Below, piece by piece: positions 30,959 through 40,891 of a stretch of 53,610 bases of DNA (positions within the stretch are counted from its first letter, which is position 1; every line of letters begins with the position of its first letter). The DNA is from Snowella sp. GTDB lineage: Bacteria > Cyanobacteriota > Cyanobacteriia > Cyanobacteriales > Microcystaceae. The position numbers and the translations under genes were made by a program. Where the stretch lies: assembly GCA_035285545.1 (NCBI GenBank), contig JAYKGY010000062.1:1-53610 (forward strand), given 5' to 3'. Below the pieces are notes generated by a model, which was not told the DNA's origin, ran no database searches, and worked only from the letters and a program-made list of their open reading frames with translations.

Positions 30959-31099
30959 GTGCAATCCGATGGAAGAATGCGTTTTTGGTCAAAAATCGAG
31001 GAAATGGATGGAAAATACTTGCGTGTTATCCTGTTGGAAGACGGAGAAACTGTTCATAATGCTTTTTTTGACAGAAGTTTTAAGGAGTTAGCAGAATGA
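30959..31099 (+). pseudogene. 5'-truncated toxin-like partner of a DUF2283 gene
   Basis: VQSDGRMRFWSKIEEMDGKYLRVILLEDGETVHNAFFDRSFKELAE*; stop overlaps the next ATG (ATGA). Confidence 0.6.
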
Positions 31100-31293
31100 A
31101 GATTCAATATTTTGAAGGTACCGATACCCTGTTTATTACTTTTTCTAATAAAATTCCTGTCGAAACTCGTGATTTGGATGAAAATACGCTATTAGATTTA
31201 GATGAAGAAGGACAACTTTGCAGCATGACCGTCGAACACGCAAAAGAAAGAGTCGGCATTCCTGAAGTTGAATATGAAACAATTTCGGCTTAA
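31096..31293 (+). CDS. DUF2283-family protein (putative antitoxin)
   Basis: MKIQYFEGTDTLFITF..LLDLDEEGQLCSMTVEHA. Confidence 0.8.
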   Translation: MKIQYFEGTDTLFITFSNKIPVETRDLDENTLLDLDEEGQLCSMTVEHAKERVGIPEVEYETISA

Positions 31294-31893
31294 TTCAGTT
31301 TAATTTATCAATAAATGCAAACAATCAACCTGAATAACGATGGTTCAACAACTTAACCCGACTCAACTTGTCGTCCATACCCTCTCCAATAAATTAGACG
31401 ACTCAAGCCCCCAAATCCGTGCCAAAGCCGCAGAATCCCTCGGCAAAATCGGCGATCGCATGGCAACTGACACCTTACTTAATCATCTACATGAAGAAAC
31501 CGACCTAGAAACGCGACGCACCATCATCCAAGCCCTTGGCCAAATTGGTCAAGAATCCGCTATTCCCTACCTTGCCTTATTTCTAGCCGATATTAATCCC
31601 AGTATTCGTATTGCTGCCACCGAATCCATCGGAAAAATTGGCACAGAAAAAGCCGTCTCCTATCTCGTTCAATCCCTTACCGATGAAGAACCCCAAGTAA
31701 GAGCGATCGCGGCAACTGCATTAGGGGAAATTGGCACAGAAGAAACCCTACCTCCCCTTTCTCATGCCTGTTCTGATGCAGATGACAATGTGCGCCTTAG
31801 TGCCGTTGAAGCTCTGGGAAAAATTGGTCATCGCTATGCCATAAATTAATATGTCCCGTTGAATATCACCAATTTCAGCTTAATTCAGTTTAA
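31267..31893. repeat. Imperfect ~37-bp direct repeats (31267-31303 and 31858-31893) flanking the HEAT gene
   Basis: GTTGAATATGAAACAATTTCGGCTTAATTCAGTTTAA vs GTTGAATATCACCAATTTCAGCTTAATTCAGTTTAA. Confidence 0.75.
31340..31849 (+). CDS. HEAT/PBS-lyase-repeat protein
   Basis: Five L.D....VR..AAEALGKIG-type repeats. Confidence 0.88.
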   Translation: MVQQLNPTQLVVHTLSNKLDDSSPQIRAKAAESLGKIGDRMATDTLLNHLHEETDLETRRTIIQALGQIGQESAIPYLALFLADINPSIRIAATESIGKIGTEKAVSYLVQSLTDEEPQVRAIAATALGEIGTEETLPPLSHACSDADDNVRLSAVEALGKIGHRYAIN

Positions 31894-31914
31894 ATTTTAT
31901 TAAAATATCCAACT

Positions 31915-32133
31915 ATGACTGAGCTACTTGAACAGGCAATTTCACGATTAAAAACCTTACCATCTAGTGAACAGGACGCGATCGCAAGACTGATTTTAGA
32001 AGAACTTGAAGATGAGCGTCGTTGGGATGAATCATTTAATCGTTCCCCAGACTTGTTGGCTAAACTTGCAGCCGAAGCGATCGCTGAATACCGTGCAGGT
32101 AAAACCCAAGCGTTAGATCCAGAAACATTGTGA
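31915..32133 (+). CDS. Putative antitoxin, followed by a truncated toxin start
   Basis: MTELLEQAI..EDERRWDESF..LAAEAIAEYRAGKT; overlapping GTG starts VKSRKTTQF, then similarity is lost. Confidence 0.65.
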   Translation: MTELLEQAISRLKTLPSSEQDAIARLILEELEDERRWDESFNRSPDLLAKLAAEAIAEYRAGKTQALDPETL

Positions 32134-32308
32134 AATCCCGTAAAACCACTCAATTCCACGCAGAATACGATTTGCGGCTTGCTCAATTGTAGAGCGATCG
32201 TTGATTCTGTAAAAATGTGTTTTTTAAGTCGAGGACAAATTAACAACTAGGATCTTGCTTATAAGGTGGTAATCAACGAATAAACTAAAACAATTAACCA
32301 AAATAGCT

Positions 32309-32461
32309 ATGGTTCAACAACTTAACCCGACTCAACTTGTCGTCCATACCCTCTCCAATAAATTAGACGACTCAAACCCCCAAATCCCTGCCAAAGCCGC
32401 AGAATCCCTCGGCAAAATCGGCGATAATAATTTATCGAGAAGGTTTTTTGAAAATCGCTGA
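32309..32461 (+). pseudogene. Truncated duplicate of the HEAT gene 5' end
   Basis: 32309-32425 matches 31340-31456 (117 bp, 2 mismatches seen), then diverges and stops at 32461. Confidence 0.88.
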
Positions 32462-32470
32462 CTTGTCACC

Positions 32471-34156
32471 TCAAATGCCGTGACTTTTGCCAATAACCCA
32501 ATGACGACGGAAAAAACGGGCTAAAGACGATTCTTCCAAGGATAAATAAATGGGCCGACCGTGGGGACAGGTTTGGGGGTGGCGGGTGATTTTCCATTGA
32601 TCGAGTAACGTTTGCATTTCCCTTAGGGTTAAATCTGTCCCATTGCGAATGGCGGTTCGGCAGGCAGTGGCGGCTTGGGCTGCGGCCAAATCTCCTCCCA
32701 GACTGAGTTCAATTAACGCTTCCAGACAGTCTTCACGATCAGCCAATCGCTTCGGGGCATTGCGAACGGCCCAGACTTGTTCTCCAAAGGATTCAACCTC
32801 TAAACCCAATTCCTGTAATTGCTCCACTTGATGGAGAGTGAGGTGATTCAGAATAATCGGTTTTTCCAAGGAAACCAGTTGCCAATGATCTTGCAATTGT
32901 TCGTATAACACCCGCTCATGGGCAATATGCTGCTCTATTAGCCAAATCCCCGCATCATGTTCCGCCACAATATAGGTTTTATTGACCTGGGCAACGGCTT
33001 TTAAGGGCATGAGGCTAATTTGACTCAGGGCAGATGGGGTTGGTTGAACTGTCGGGGGATTCACTTGATAGGGACTCGTCGCTTCGGCAGCTTTGAGAAT
33101 TTGCGTTACCCGTTGATGATGGTGAGTTGAGCTTAAACTGTCGCTATTTAACCGTAACGCTTGTTCGATCGCTTGGGAAATCTGAGCTTGCCAAAAAGGG
33201 AGAGAATGGAGATAAATTTCGGTTTTAGCAGGATGGCGGTTCCAGTCAATTTGACTCGGACAGACTTGTAAATGCAGAAAACAAACCGGAAAACGATCGC
33301 GGGGAAGGGTACGATGAAAGGCGGCAATGATACTTTGTTCTAACTCCGGCAATTTAACGGGACGTTGATTCACTGCAATTTTGACCCAATCGGGACGACG
33401 ACGATGGCAGCGATCGGGCAAGCCGATAACTAAATTCAGTTGAGCCGTTGAACCAGGTCGAGATGGGACTTCAAGGTTTAAGCTTAAACACTGTAAATCA
33501 TTAAATTTAACCGTCTTGAGGATTTGCGGAAAGGTTTGCTGAGGGGTTTGGCTAGGGCTAATACTCAACCAAAGCTGATCAAGATTCCAGACTTGCCAAG
33601 TGATTTGAGGACGGCATAGGGCCATGGTTTGAAGATAGGTTTGGATCGCCTTTAATTGCTGTGCTAATGGGGGTAATCCTAAACGGCGTTGCGGTAAATT
33701 TTGGAATAATTGATTGACCGTGACAATGGTTCCGGTCGCGATCGCGACATCTATCGGTTCTTGGGGTTGACCATCGTAGCAGTAGCGGACTTTCCAACCC
33801 GTACTATCGGGTAATTTCGCGGAACGACTCGCAATTTCTAACTCACTGACTTGACTCAAACTATGGAGAGCTTCCCCCCGAAACCCTAAACTGGTGATTT
33901 GCTCTAAATGCTGACGTTGACTAATCTTGCTCGTGGTATGGGGTAAGGCACAGGCTTTTAAATCGTCTAGGGTCATCCCTTGTCCATTATCCGTCACCTG
34001 AACCCAGCCCTGCTCAGGATTAAGACGAATGATTAACCGACTCGCGCCCGCATCAATGGCATTTTCGACCAACTCGCGCACCACAGCAACCGGAGAATCA
34101 ATCACTTCGCCTGCCGCAATTAAGTTAACCAGTTCGGTGGGTAAAGACGCTATCAT
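32471..34156 (-). CDS. mutL: DNA mismatch repair protein MutL
   Basis: IAAGEVI, ELVENAIDAGA, GFRGEAL, EQHIAHERVLYE, CPHGRP. Confidence 0.96.
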   Translation of the reverse strand: MIASLPTELVNLIAAGEVIDSPVAVVRELVENAIDAGASRLIIRLNPEQGWVQVTDNGQGMTLDDLKACALPHTTSKISQRQHLEQITSLGFRGEALHSLSQVSELEIASRSAKLPDSTGWKVRYCYDGQPQEPIDVAIATGTIVTVNQLFQNLPQRRLGLPPLAQQLKAIQTYLQTMALCRPQITWQVWNLDQLWLSISPSQTPQQTFPQILKTVKFNDLQCLSLNLEVPSRPGSTAQLNLVIGLPDRCHRRRPDWVKIAVNQRPVKLPELEQSIIAAFHRTLPRDRFPVCFLHLQVCPSQIDWNRHPAKTEIYLHSLPFWQAQISQAIEQALRLNSDSLSSTHHHQRVTQILKAAEATSPYQVNPPTVQPTPSALSQISLMPLKAVAQVNKTYIVAEHDAGIWLIEQHIAHERVLYEQLQDHWQLVSLEKPIILNHLTLHQVEQLQELGLEVESFGEQVWAVRNAPKRLADREDCLEALIELSLGGDLAAAQAATACRTAIRNGTDLTLREMQTLLDQWKITRHPQTCPHGRPIYLSLEESSLARFFRRHWVIGKSHGI

Positions 34157-34202
34157 ATTTCCATGATAGGCTGAAAGCTTTTCCTAAAAGCAGTCTCGTA
34201 AG

Positions 34203-35357
34203 TTAATTAAGCGAATGATAGAGTGTATCCCGTTGTTGAAAAGGACGACCTAAAGACTGAATTGCTGTTTGTAATTCTAAAACCGTTAAGCCTGTTCCGC
34301 CTTTCGCACCGGCCATGGTGGTAATGTGTTCCTCCATCAAGGTTCCGCCGAGATCATCGCATCCCCAAGTTAATGCCTCCCTTGCTCCCGCTAGTCCTAA
34401 TTTGACCCAACTGGGTTGATGGTGGGGAATGAGATTTCCTAAATATAATCGCGCTACGGCAGTTAATAACAATGTATCGGCTAAAATGGGCTGATCTCGA
34501 CCCACTCGATGTTTCATGGCTTTTGGGGCTTCCTCTCCGACAAAAGGTAATAGGATAAACTCCGTGATGTGGGCAGGATACCCCTTTTCTATTGCTGTCT
34601 CTTGCAGCGATCGCAGATGGGCGAAGTGTTGAACTTGCTGTTCAGGTGTTTCTATATGACCGCAAAGCATTGTACTGGTTGTCGGTAGTCCCAAACGGTG
34701 CGCTAAACCCACAATTTCTAACCAGGTTTGGGTATTAATTTTTTCAGGACAAATGATCTTTCTGACTGAATCTACTAAAACTTCGGCGGCAGTTCCTGGC
34801 ATCGATCCCACCCCTGCTCCTTGTAAAGCGTAAATCACCGTTTCATAACGTAGATTATCTTTCCTGGCAATAAATTGAATTTCTTGAGGAGAAAACGCAT
34901 GTAAATGCAAGTCTGGGAAAGCTTGTTTTAATGATTTAACCAATTGCAAATAATAGTTTAAAGAAGACCCTTGCTCTTTTGCCTGGGGATTTAGTCCCCC
35001 CTGCATACAGATTTCGGTTGCGCCCTGATTAACGGCCTCTTGAGCTTTTGCTAAAATTTGCTCGATGGTTAACCAAAATGCACCGGATTCTTCGTTATCC
35101 CGACGAAAAGCGCAGAAGCTACAATGCTGCTCACAAATATTGGTAAAATTAATATTACGATTAATCACATAAGTAACCGTATTACCGACTTGCTGAGACC
35201 GTAATTGATCGGCTGCTAAACGAATGGATTGAATCTTTTCAGGATCAGTTTGTTTGAGTAAAAAAATCGCCTCTTCGTTGCTAATCAGTTCCTGATTTAA
35301 TGCTTTTGCTAAAATAGAATTTAAAGTCTTTAATATTGGCGTTGTGGTGAAAAACAT
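34203..35357 (-). CDS. cofH: FO synthase subunit CofH (radical SAM)
   Basis: [37 protein letters not shown]. Confidence 0.9.
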   Translation of the reverse strand: MFFTTTPILKTLNSILAKALNQELISNEEAIFLLKQTDPEKIQSIRLAADQLRSQQVGNTVTYVINRNINFTNICEQHCSFCAFRRDNEESGAFWLTIEQILAKAQEAVNQGATEICMQGGLNPQAKEQGSSLNYYLQLVKSLKQAFPDLHLHAFSPQEIQFIARKDNLRYETVIYALQGAGVGSMPGTAAEVLVDSVRKIICPEKINTQTWLEIVGLAHRLGLPTTSTMLCGHIETPEQQVQHFAHLRSLQETAIEKGYPAHITEFILLPFVGEEAPKAMKHRVGRDQPILADTLLLTAVARLYLGNLIPHHQPSWVKLGLAGAREALTWGCDDLGGTLMEEHITTMAGAKGGTGLTVLELQTAIQSLGRPFQQRDTLYHSLN

Positions 35358-35424
35358 TGAGTCTTCCTAATAGTTAAATCAAATAAATTAATTAAAAAAA
35401 TAGTTAAATTTTAAACAATATCCC

Positions 35425-35604
35425 TTATTGGGGTTGACACTTTCCGGCTCGAATTAAGCCAACACGACGGGCGATCGCGTCTTCATAACTGGTAAATGGC
35501 CCCCAGCTTTTTTCTGCTTTTAAGGAAGAATCAGCCGTATTTTCAAAAATTTGACAATAACCTTCAGCCGTTTTTACAATGTACCAAGTTGCCTGATTCT
35601 CCAT
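35425..35604 (-). CDS. 59-aa conserved cyanobacterial small protein
   Basis: MENQATWYIVKTAEGYCQI..WGPFTSYEDAIARRVGLIRAGKCQPQ*; GGGAG RBS upstream; too short for the ORF track. Confidence 0.8.
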   Translation of the reverse strand: MENQATWYIVKTAEGYCQIFENTADSSLKAEKSWGPFTSYEDAIARRVGLIRAGKCQPQ

Positions 35605-35701
35605 CGTATTTATCTCCCCAGTAAATAGTGGTAAAGTATTCTTTAAATAACCAATTTAATTCTAATAGCTCTCTTGAAATTGAGCAATTTTCACTAGAAT
35701 T

Positions 35702-36076
35702 ATGACCATTTCGCATTCTGATTTGACGAAACCTGCTCAAAAACTTTTTACTTTACAGCTTTATGGCCGTTGGTTCCTGGTCGCGATCGCCTGGTTAACC
35801 CTAGCTCCCCTATCACTTTGGGAATTACGAGAAGATATTAATATCATTCAAGATCATTTTACTTGGGTTGCGGTACGTTATAGTTTGGCGTTTAATATTT
35901 TGCCTGCTTATTGTTTATTCTTTTGTGTGGCAATAACGGGATCGGTTTTAGTCTGGCAAAGTATTTATATTTTGAAGGGAATTTCCCCAAGAGAACAATT
36001 ACGGTTAGAAAATCAAGCTAAAAAAATTCAAGCAGCCGGCCCCAAACATCCCCTTTGGAAATGGATTGTTAAGTAA
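35702..36076 (+). CDS. Hypothetical membrane protein
   Basis: Two hydrophobic segments; HFTW..RY and C-terminal GPKHPLWKW. Confidence 0.75.
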   Translation: MTISHSDLTKPAQKLFTLQLYGRWFLVAIAWLTLAPLSLWELREDINIIQDHFTWVAVRYSLAFNILPAYCLFFCVAITGSVLVWQSIYILKGISPREQLRLENQAKKIQAAGPKHPLWKWIVK

Positions 36077-36155
36077 CGATATCAGGGATTTAATTAATTT
36101 AAAACCTCAAGCTTCAAGGTTTAAGAATTTAGCAATTATTAAAAATTTGAAAAAG

Positions 36156-36986
36156 TTAAACTTGGTTCTCTAAGTGAGAAGACAATAATTTTAATTTAAC
36201 GCCACAGGCCTTACAATATACCGCATCTAGATCGTGATTTGCTAACCCACATTCAACACAAACTTTAGAAGAATTATTGGTTGTTTTTAGTAATTGTTTC
36301 ACTAAATCCCCAATTTGCCAAGGAATTAAGGTAATACCAGTAATAATCATTAAAACGGTTAATAATCTGCCTGTTTCTGTGAGGGCGGTAATATCCCCAA
36401 AGCCTACCGTCGTCATGGTGACAATCGAATAATATAACGCATCAAAAAAGTTTCTAAATAGTTCGGGATTATTGGGGTGTTCAATTTGGTAAATTAATCC
36501 AGAATAAATAAAAACAGCCGAAAATAAAACTAAATAAATTCGGATAAAAATAACTTGATCTTTAACCTTGAATTTAAAGGCAAAGAGATCACTACTGGTT
36601 AATCGAATTAATTTAAGCAAACGAAACCAACGAAAAATCCTAAAAAATCGGACATCAATTCCTCCTAAAAATAAGGGTAAAATAGAAATTAAATCAATAA
36701 TGGCAAAGAAATCAAAAAAGAATTTAATCCGCGATCGCGCTGACCAAAACCGCAAACTATACTCAATAGTAAAAAGAATAAGAACGGCAAAATCCAACTC
36801 ATTCAAAATATTCCGAGCTGAGGGAGAAATGGGGTAGGTTTGAATCACAAAAATTACTAACGACACAATCGTCAAAGCTAAGATTGCAAAATTAATTCCA
36901 ATCCCAATGGCTGAATTAACATCTTCAAAAGATTCAGCGACTTGTTCTCGTCGTGTTTTTCGGGGTATAGGTTGGGATTCATTCAT
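36156..36986 (-). CDS. Six-TM potassium channel / ion transporter
   Basis: RFFRIFRWFRLLK S4-like segment, TTVGFGD filter, C-terminal CxxC..CxxC. Confidence 0.9.
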   Translation of the reverse strand: MNESQPIPRKTRREQVAESFEDVNSAIGIGINFAILALTIVSLVIFVIQTYPISPSARNILNELDFAVLILFTIEYSLRFWSARSRIKFFFDFFAIIDLISILPLFLGGIDVRFFRIFRWFRLLKLIRLTSSDLFAFKFKVKDQVIFIRIYLVLFSAVFIYSGLIYQIEHPNNPELFRNFFDALYYSIVTMTTVGFGDITALTETGRLLTVLMIITGITLIPWQIGDLVKQLLKTTNNSSKVCVECGLANHDLDAVYCKACGVKLKLLSSHLENQV

Positions 36987-36997
36987 TATTAATTAAT

Positions 36998-37774
36998 TTA
37001 AAATAAATCTTTCATTCCCCGCAATTTACCAAAAACTTTTGCAGGTTCTTCGTATCCCATTGCTTGTTTTAAGGTCGTTGTATCCCATCGTAAAAAAGGA
37101 TTGGTACGTTTTTCTTCACCGAGTAAAGAAGGAACAGTGGCTTCTTCCCGCGATCGCATTTCTGTTACTTGCTGAAAACGGGCTTGTAGATCCGGGTTGT
37201 CGGGTTCAACGGTAATAGCAAACTTTAAATTGCCTAACGTGTACTCATGGGCACACCAAACTCTCGTATTATCCGGTAATTTTCGTAATTTACCAATGGA
37301 ATCCACCATTTGAGCAGGCGTTCCTTCAAATAGGCGACCACATCCCCCTGCAAAGATGGTATCGCCACAAAACAATTCCCCTGGTTCTTCCGGTAACGAA
37401 GGAGCAAAATAGTAGGCAATATGGGCGCGAGTATGGCCAGGAATGAAAAATACCTCTGCTTCTCTGTCGCTAAATTGAACGCGATCGCCTTCTTTTAAAT
37501 AAACACGTTGACCTGGAATTCGACCCCGATCTGCTTCGCCACCATAGACCGTTAATTGGGGAAACTGAGCCATTAAATCCTTATTTCCTCCCACATGATC
37601 GCCATGATGATGGGTATTAAAAATGGCAACTAATTCCGCGCCTAATTCATTTAAACACGCTAAAACGGGGTCTGCTTCAGCCGGATCGACTACAGCCGCG
37701 ATCGCATGATCCGGATCATAAAGCAGGAAAATGTAATTATCCGAAAGGGCAGGAAGACGCTTGACTTGTAACAT
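36998..37774 (-). CDS. gloB: Hydroxyacylglutathione hydrolase
   Basis: THHHGDHVGG, GDTIFAGGCGR, CAHEYT, NPFLR. Confidence 0.95.
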   Translation of the reverse strand: MLQVKRLPALSDNYIFLLYDPDHAIAAVVDPAEADPVLACLNELGAELVAIFNTHHHGDHVGGNKDLMAQFPQLTVYGGEADRGRIPGQRVYLKEGDRVQFSDREAEVFFIPGHTRAHIAYYFAPSLPEEPGELFCGDTIFAGGCGRLFEGTPAQMVDSIGKLRKLPDNTRVWCAHEYTLGNLKFAITVEPDNPDLQARFQQVTEMRSREEATVPSLLGEEKRTNPFLRWDTTTLKQAMGYEEPAKVFGKLRGMKDLF

Positions 37775-37934
37775 AAGATTAGGGTGATATAACGGGACGA
37801 ATATGCTTTATACTAACTAACCCTTTCCCCCTTTAAAAATAATCATACAACTGGGCGAAAAAGAACCTTGCTGCATTGATAGGTGATCGCTTGAGTCCGA
37901 TAAAATTAGAGATAATGGGAAATCGATAGAACCG

Positions 37935-38516
37935 ATGGCAACGACAGCAGATGATGTATGGCAACTTTTAGCCGAATTGGTAGCGGCTCAGAAAGAAACG
38001 GATCGCCAACTGAAAGAAACGGATCGCCGATTGAAAGAAACGGATCTTCAAATGAAAAAAACTGAGCGTCAAATTCGTGAAGTCAGTAAGCAGATTGGAG
38101 ATCTGGGCGGAAAATGGGGGCGATTTGTTGAAAATATGGTTGTGCCTGCCTGTGAAACTTTATTTATTTCGCGTGGGATTCCTGTTCATCAAGTCAGTCA
38201 ACGGGTTAAAAAACGTTTAGCGGGACAAACCTTAGAAATTGATATTTTGGTGACGAATGAAAATCATGTTTTGGTGGTCGAAGTTAAAAGCAGTTTAGGC
38301 GTAGATGATATTAAAGATTTAATTGAAGATTTAACGCAATTCCGCCATTTTTTTCCTGAATACACAAACAAGCAGCTTTATGGAGCCGTTGCAGGCATTG
38401 AAATCGAAGCAGGAGCCGATAAATACGCTTATCGACAAGGTTTATTTGTTTTAGCGCAAGCCGGCGAAAGTGTGGCTATTTTGAATAATGCTGATTTTCA
38501 ACCGAAAAGTTGGTAG
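37935..38516 (+). CDS. Coiled-coil + PD-(D/E)XK-fold protein (DUF3782-like)
   Basis: KETDRQL heptad repeats, EIDIL..VEVKS nuclease-like motif. Confidence 0.75.
   Translation: MATTADDVWQLLAELVAAQKETDRQLKETDRRLKETDLQMKKTERQIREVSKQIGDLGGKWGRFVENMVVPACETLFISRGIPVHQVSQRVKKRLAGQTLEIDILVTNENHVLVVEVKSSLGVDDIKDLIEDLTQFRHFFPEYTNKQLYGAVAGIEIEAGADKYAYRQGLFVLAQAGESVAILNNADFQPKSW
37991..38074 (+). repeat. 21-bp tandem repeat (about 4 degenerate units) in the CDS
   Basis: GAAAGAAACGGATCGCCAACT / ..CGATT / ..CTTCAAAT / GAAAAAAACTGAGCGTCAAAT. Confidence 0.85.
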
Positions 38517-38597
38517 GTGATGTAACCTTATTTAGTTTTTGACGCTAAAATTTTGGGCTAAATACTTTAAAATTTTCTTATTTCACAGACAACAAAA

Positions 38598-39290
38598 ATG
38601 AATTCAGACCGTATTATTGTTCCCCTTGATGTTCCTTCCCTAGAAGACGCGATCGCGCTAGTGGAGCAACTGCCCGATGTGACTTTTTGGAAAGTGGGGT
38701 TAGAGCTTTTTGTCAGTACCGGGCCAGAAATTTTAAAAATTCTCAAAGAACGTAATAAACGAATTTTTTTGGATCTCAAATTTCATGATATTCCCAATAC
38801 GGTGATGGGAGCCTGTCGCTCTGCGAGTCAATACGGTGTCGATCTGTTGACGCTTCATGCCACCGCCGGACGAAGTGCGTTAAAGTTAGCTGCCGATGCC
38901 TTGAATCAGTCTGAATCCCCGACTAAACTTTTAGCCATCACCCTGTTAACGAGCCTCATTTCACGGGATTTAGCCTTTGATCTTAAAGTTCCCCTCGAAC
39001 TCCCTGATTATGTGCTACAAATGTCCCTATTAGCAAAAGAATCGGGTATTCATGGTGCAGTGTGTTCTCCCCAGGAAGTAAGCCAATTACGAGAAGTTTG
39101 CGGTTCCAATTACTTATTGGTTTGTCCTGGAGTAAGACCGCTCTGGGCCAACACGGGTGATCAACGTCGTGTCATGACCCCTGCCGAAGCGATCGCCGCC
39201 GGAGCCGATTATTTAGTCATTGGTCGCCCCATTACCTCAGCCCCCTCACCGATTGAAGCATGGGAAAAAATCTGTCAAGAAATCGCTTGA
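38598..39290 (+). CDS. pyrF: Orotidine-5'-phosphate decarboxylase
   Basis: [26 protein letters not shown]. Confidence 0.97.
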   Translation: MNSDRIIVPLDVPSLEDAIALVEQLPDVTFWKVGLELFVSTGPEILKILKERNKRIFLDLKFHDIPNTVMGACRSASQYGVDLLTLHATAGRSALKLAADALNQSESPTKLLAITLLTSLISRDLAFDLKVPLELPDYVLQMSLLAKESGIHGAVCSPQEVSQLREVCGSNYLLVCPGVRPLWANTGDQRRVMTPAEAIAAGADYLVIGRPITSAPSPIEAWEKICQEIA

Positions 39291-39871
39291 GAAAAACCGT
39301 GATTGGCTTAAAAAATTTCACGAATCCTTTAGTTATAGGGATAACCAGTTTTTTAACGCTGATCATGGCTGCTAATGTTACCGCCCAAGCCCCTGCACCT
39401 GCCGGTACTTGCCCCCAAACCCTAGACGGTTTAGCCCCTAAACTTTTGGCGGACTTACCCAGTTACAGTAATCGGGTCATTCAACGCAGTATTGTAAATT
39501 ATCAGCAAAATCCTATTTCTCGCAGTTACGTCATTATTGCGAGTCAGCCGGAATTAGACCCCTTACCCTTAAGCCAGCGGCAATATCAACCTGCTTTTCC
39601 TGACACGTCCGAGCAGTTATTTTTTACCCTTTTAGAACGGCAATATGCAACAAAAAGAGTTACACAACTGCAAAGTTTTTATTGGGGATTTTTTACCTTA
39701 ACGGATCAGGGATGGCGATTATTAAGGCTGTTTTCCCAACTCGCTTCTACCCATAAAAACGATCCGCCTTTACCGCCCCAAGAAGTCAGTAACGGTGCGA
39801 TTGGCCAAGCAATTAATTTATGGTTGAGGGATTGTAATGCAGAGGGAATCCAGTCCTCAATCAGTAATTAA
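39260..39871 (+). CDS. Hypothetical exported protein
   Basis: Hydrophobic signal region; [27 protein letters not shown]; start uncertain. Confidence 0.7.
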   Translation: MGKNLSRNRLRKTVIGLKNFTNPLVIGITSFLTLIMAANVTAQAPAPAGTCPQTLDGLAPKLLADLPSYSNRVIQRSIVNYQQNPISRSYVIIASQPELDPLPLSQRQYQPAFPDTSEQLFFTLLERQYATKRVTQLQSFYWGFFTLTDQGWRLLRLFSQLASTHKNDPPLPPQEVSNGAIGQAINLWLRDCNAEGIQSSISN

Positions 39872-39930
39872 CAAAGATTGGGGGTTGCTTAACCAAGATA
39901 GGAATAATCCTGGCTATACCATAAATTAAG

Positions 39931-40120
39931 GTGCCCTTAAGCGCAGAATCTTTCGACCTCATTATTCAAACGCTGGCAAAACGACTATTTACTGAGACTA
40001 ACCCTCTAATTCGAGTACAAGTAGCCCAATCCTTAGCAAAATTAAACAGCGCAAAAGTTATTCCCCTTCTCTGACAAGCTCTAGAATTAGAAAAGGATAC
40101 AGATGTCGTTTCGCAAATTA
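39931..40120 (+). pseudogene. HEAT-repeat gene remnant with in-frame stop
   Basis: [47 protein letters not shown] at 40072-40074. Confidence 0.55.
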
Positions 40121-40132
40121 GGATTTATTGGG

Positions 40133-40858
40133 ATGCCTTGGCAACGCAGCGATCGCCGAACTTTTGATCAACTCCGCCCGATCCGTTTTGAAACAGACTT
40201 TACCCGTTTTGCTACGAGTTCAGTTTTAACCCATTGTGGTGAAACCAAGGTTTTATGTAATGTGAGTATCCAAAATAGCGTGCCCTCATTTTTGCTCAAT
40301 ACCGGCCAGGGTTGGTTGACGGCAGAATATCGCATGTTACCGGGGGCGACACCAACCCGACAAGGGAGGGAATGGATGAAACTATCGGGACGGACTCAGG
40401 AAATTCAACGTCTTATTGGTCGCAGTTTAAGAGCCAGTTTAGATTTAACTGCATTAGGCGAAAGAACCATTACCATTGATGCCGATGTGCTTCAGGCGGA
40501 TGCAGGAACCCGTACTACGTCGATTACCGGCAGTTATGTTGCCTTGGCCTTAGCTCTAGATAAATTAGTAAAAGCAGGGGAATTAGCACAATCTCCGCTA
40601 AAAATGCCTGTTGCAGCCGTATCGGTTGGCTTAATTGAAGGGGAACCGTTTTTGGATTTAAATTATCTTGAAGATGTAGCCGCAGAAATTGATTTTAATG
40701 TGGTAATGAATGGAGATTTGCAGTTGATAGAAATGCAGGGAACGGCAGAATCGGGAAGTTTCAGTCGTCACCAATTAAATCAAATTTTAGATTTAGCGGA
40801 AAAAGGTATTCAATCCTTATTAGTGGCTCAACAAGCAGCGATTAATGGCAATACATAG
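40133..40858 (+). CDS. rph: Ribonuclease PH
   Basis: [42 protein letters not shown]. Confidence 0.96.
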   Translation: MPWQRSDRRTFDQLRPIRFETDFTRFATSSVLTHCGETKVLCNVSIQNSVPSFLLNTGQGWLTAEYRMLPGATPTRQGREWMKLSGRTQEIQRLIGRSLRASLDLTALGERTITIDADVLQADAGTRTTSITGSYVALALALDKLVKAGELAQSPLKMPVAAVSVGLIEGEPFLDLNYLEDVAAEIDFNVVMNGDLQLIEMQGTAESGSFSRHQLNQILDLAEKGIQSLLVAQQAAINGNT

Positions 40859-40891
40859 TCAGTATTTTATTTGATGTTTTTTAATTTTCTA

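Noticed and set aside
30841..31059. 72-aa ORF from the track as a real gene
   Set aside because: TTG start; its 3' half is an alternative frame of the toxin remnant. The 5' half (DEPFTTVFTPIQWQ) faintly recalls IS4-type transposases but is too weak to call
28036..32470. Prophage or integrative element at tRNA-Lys
   Set aside because: No integrase, no phage genes, and no duplicated tRNA 3' end found
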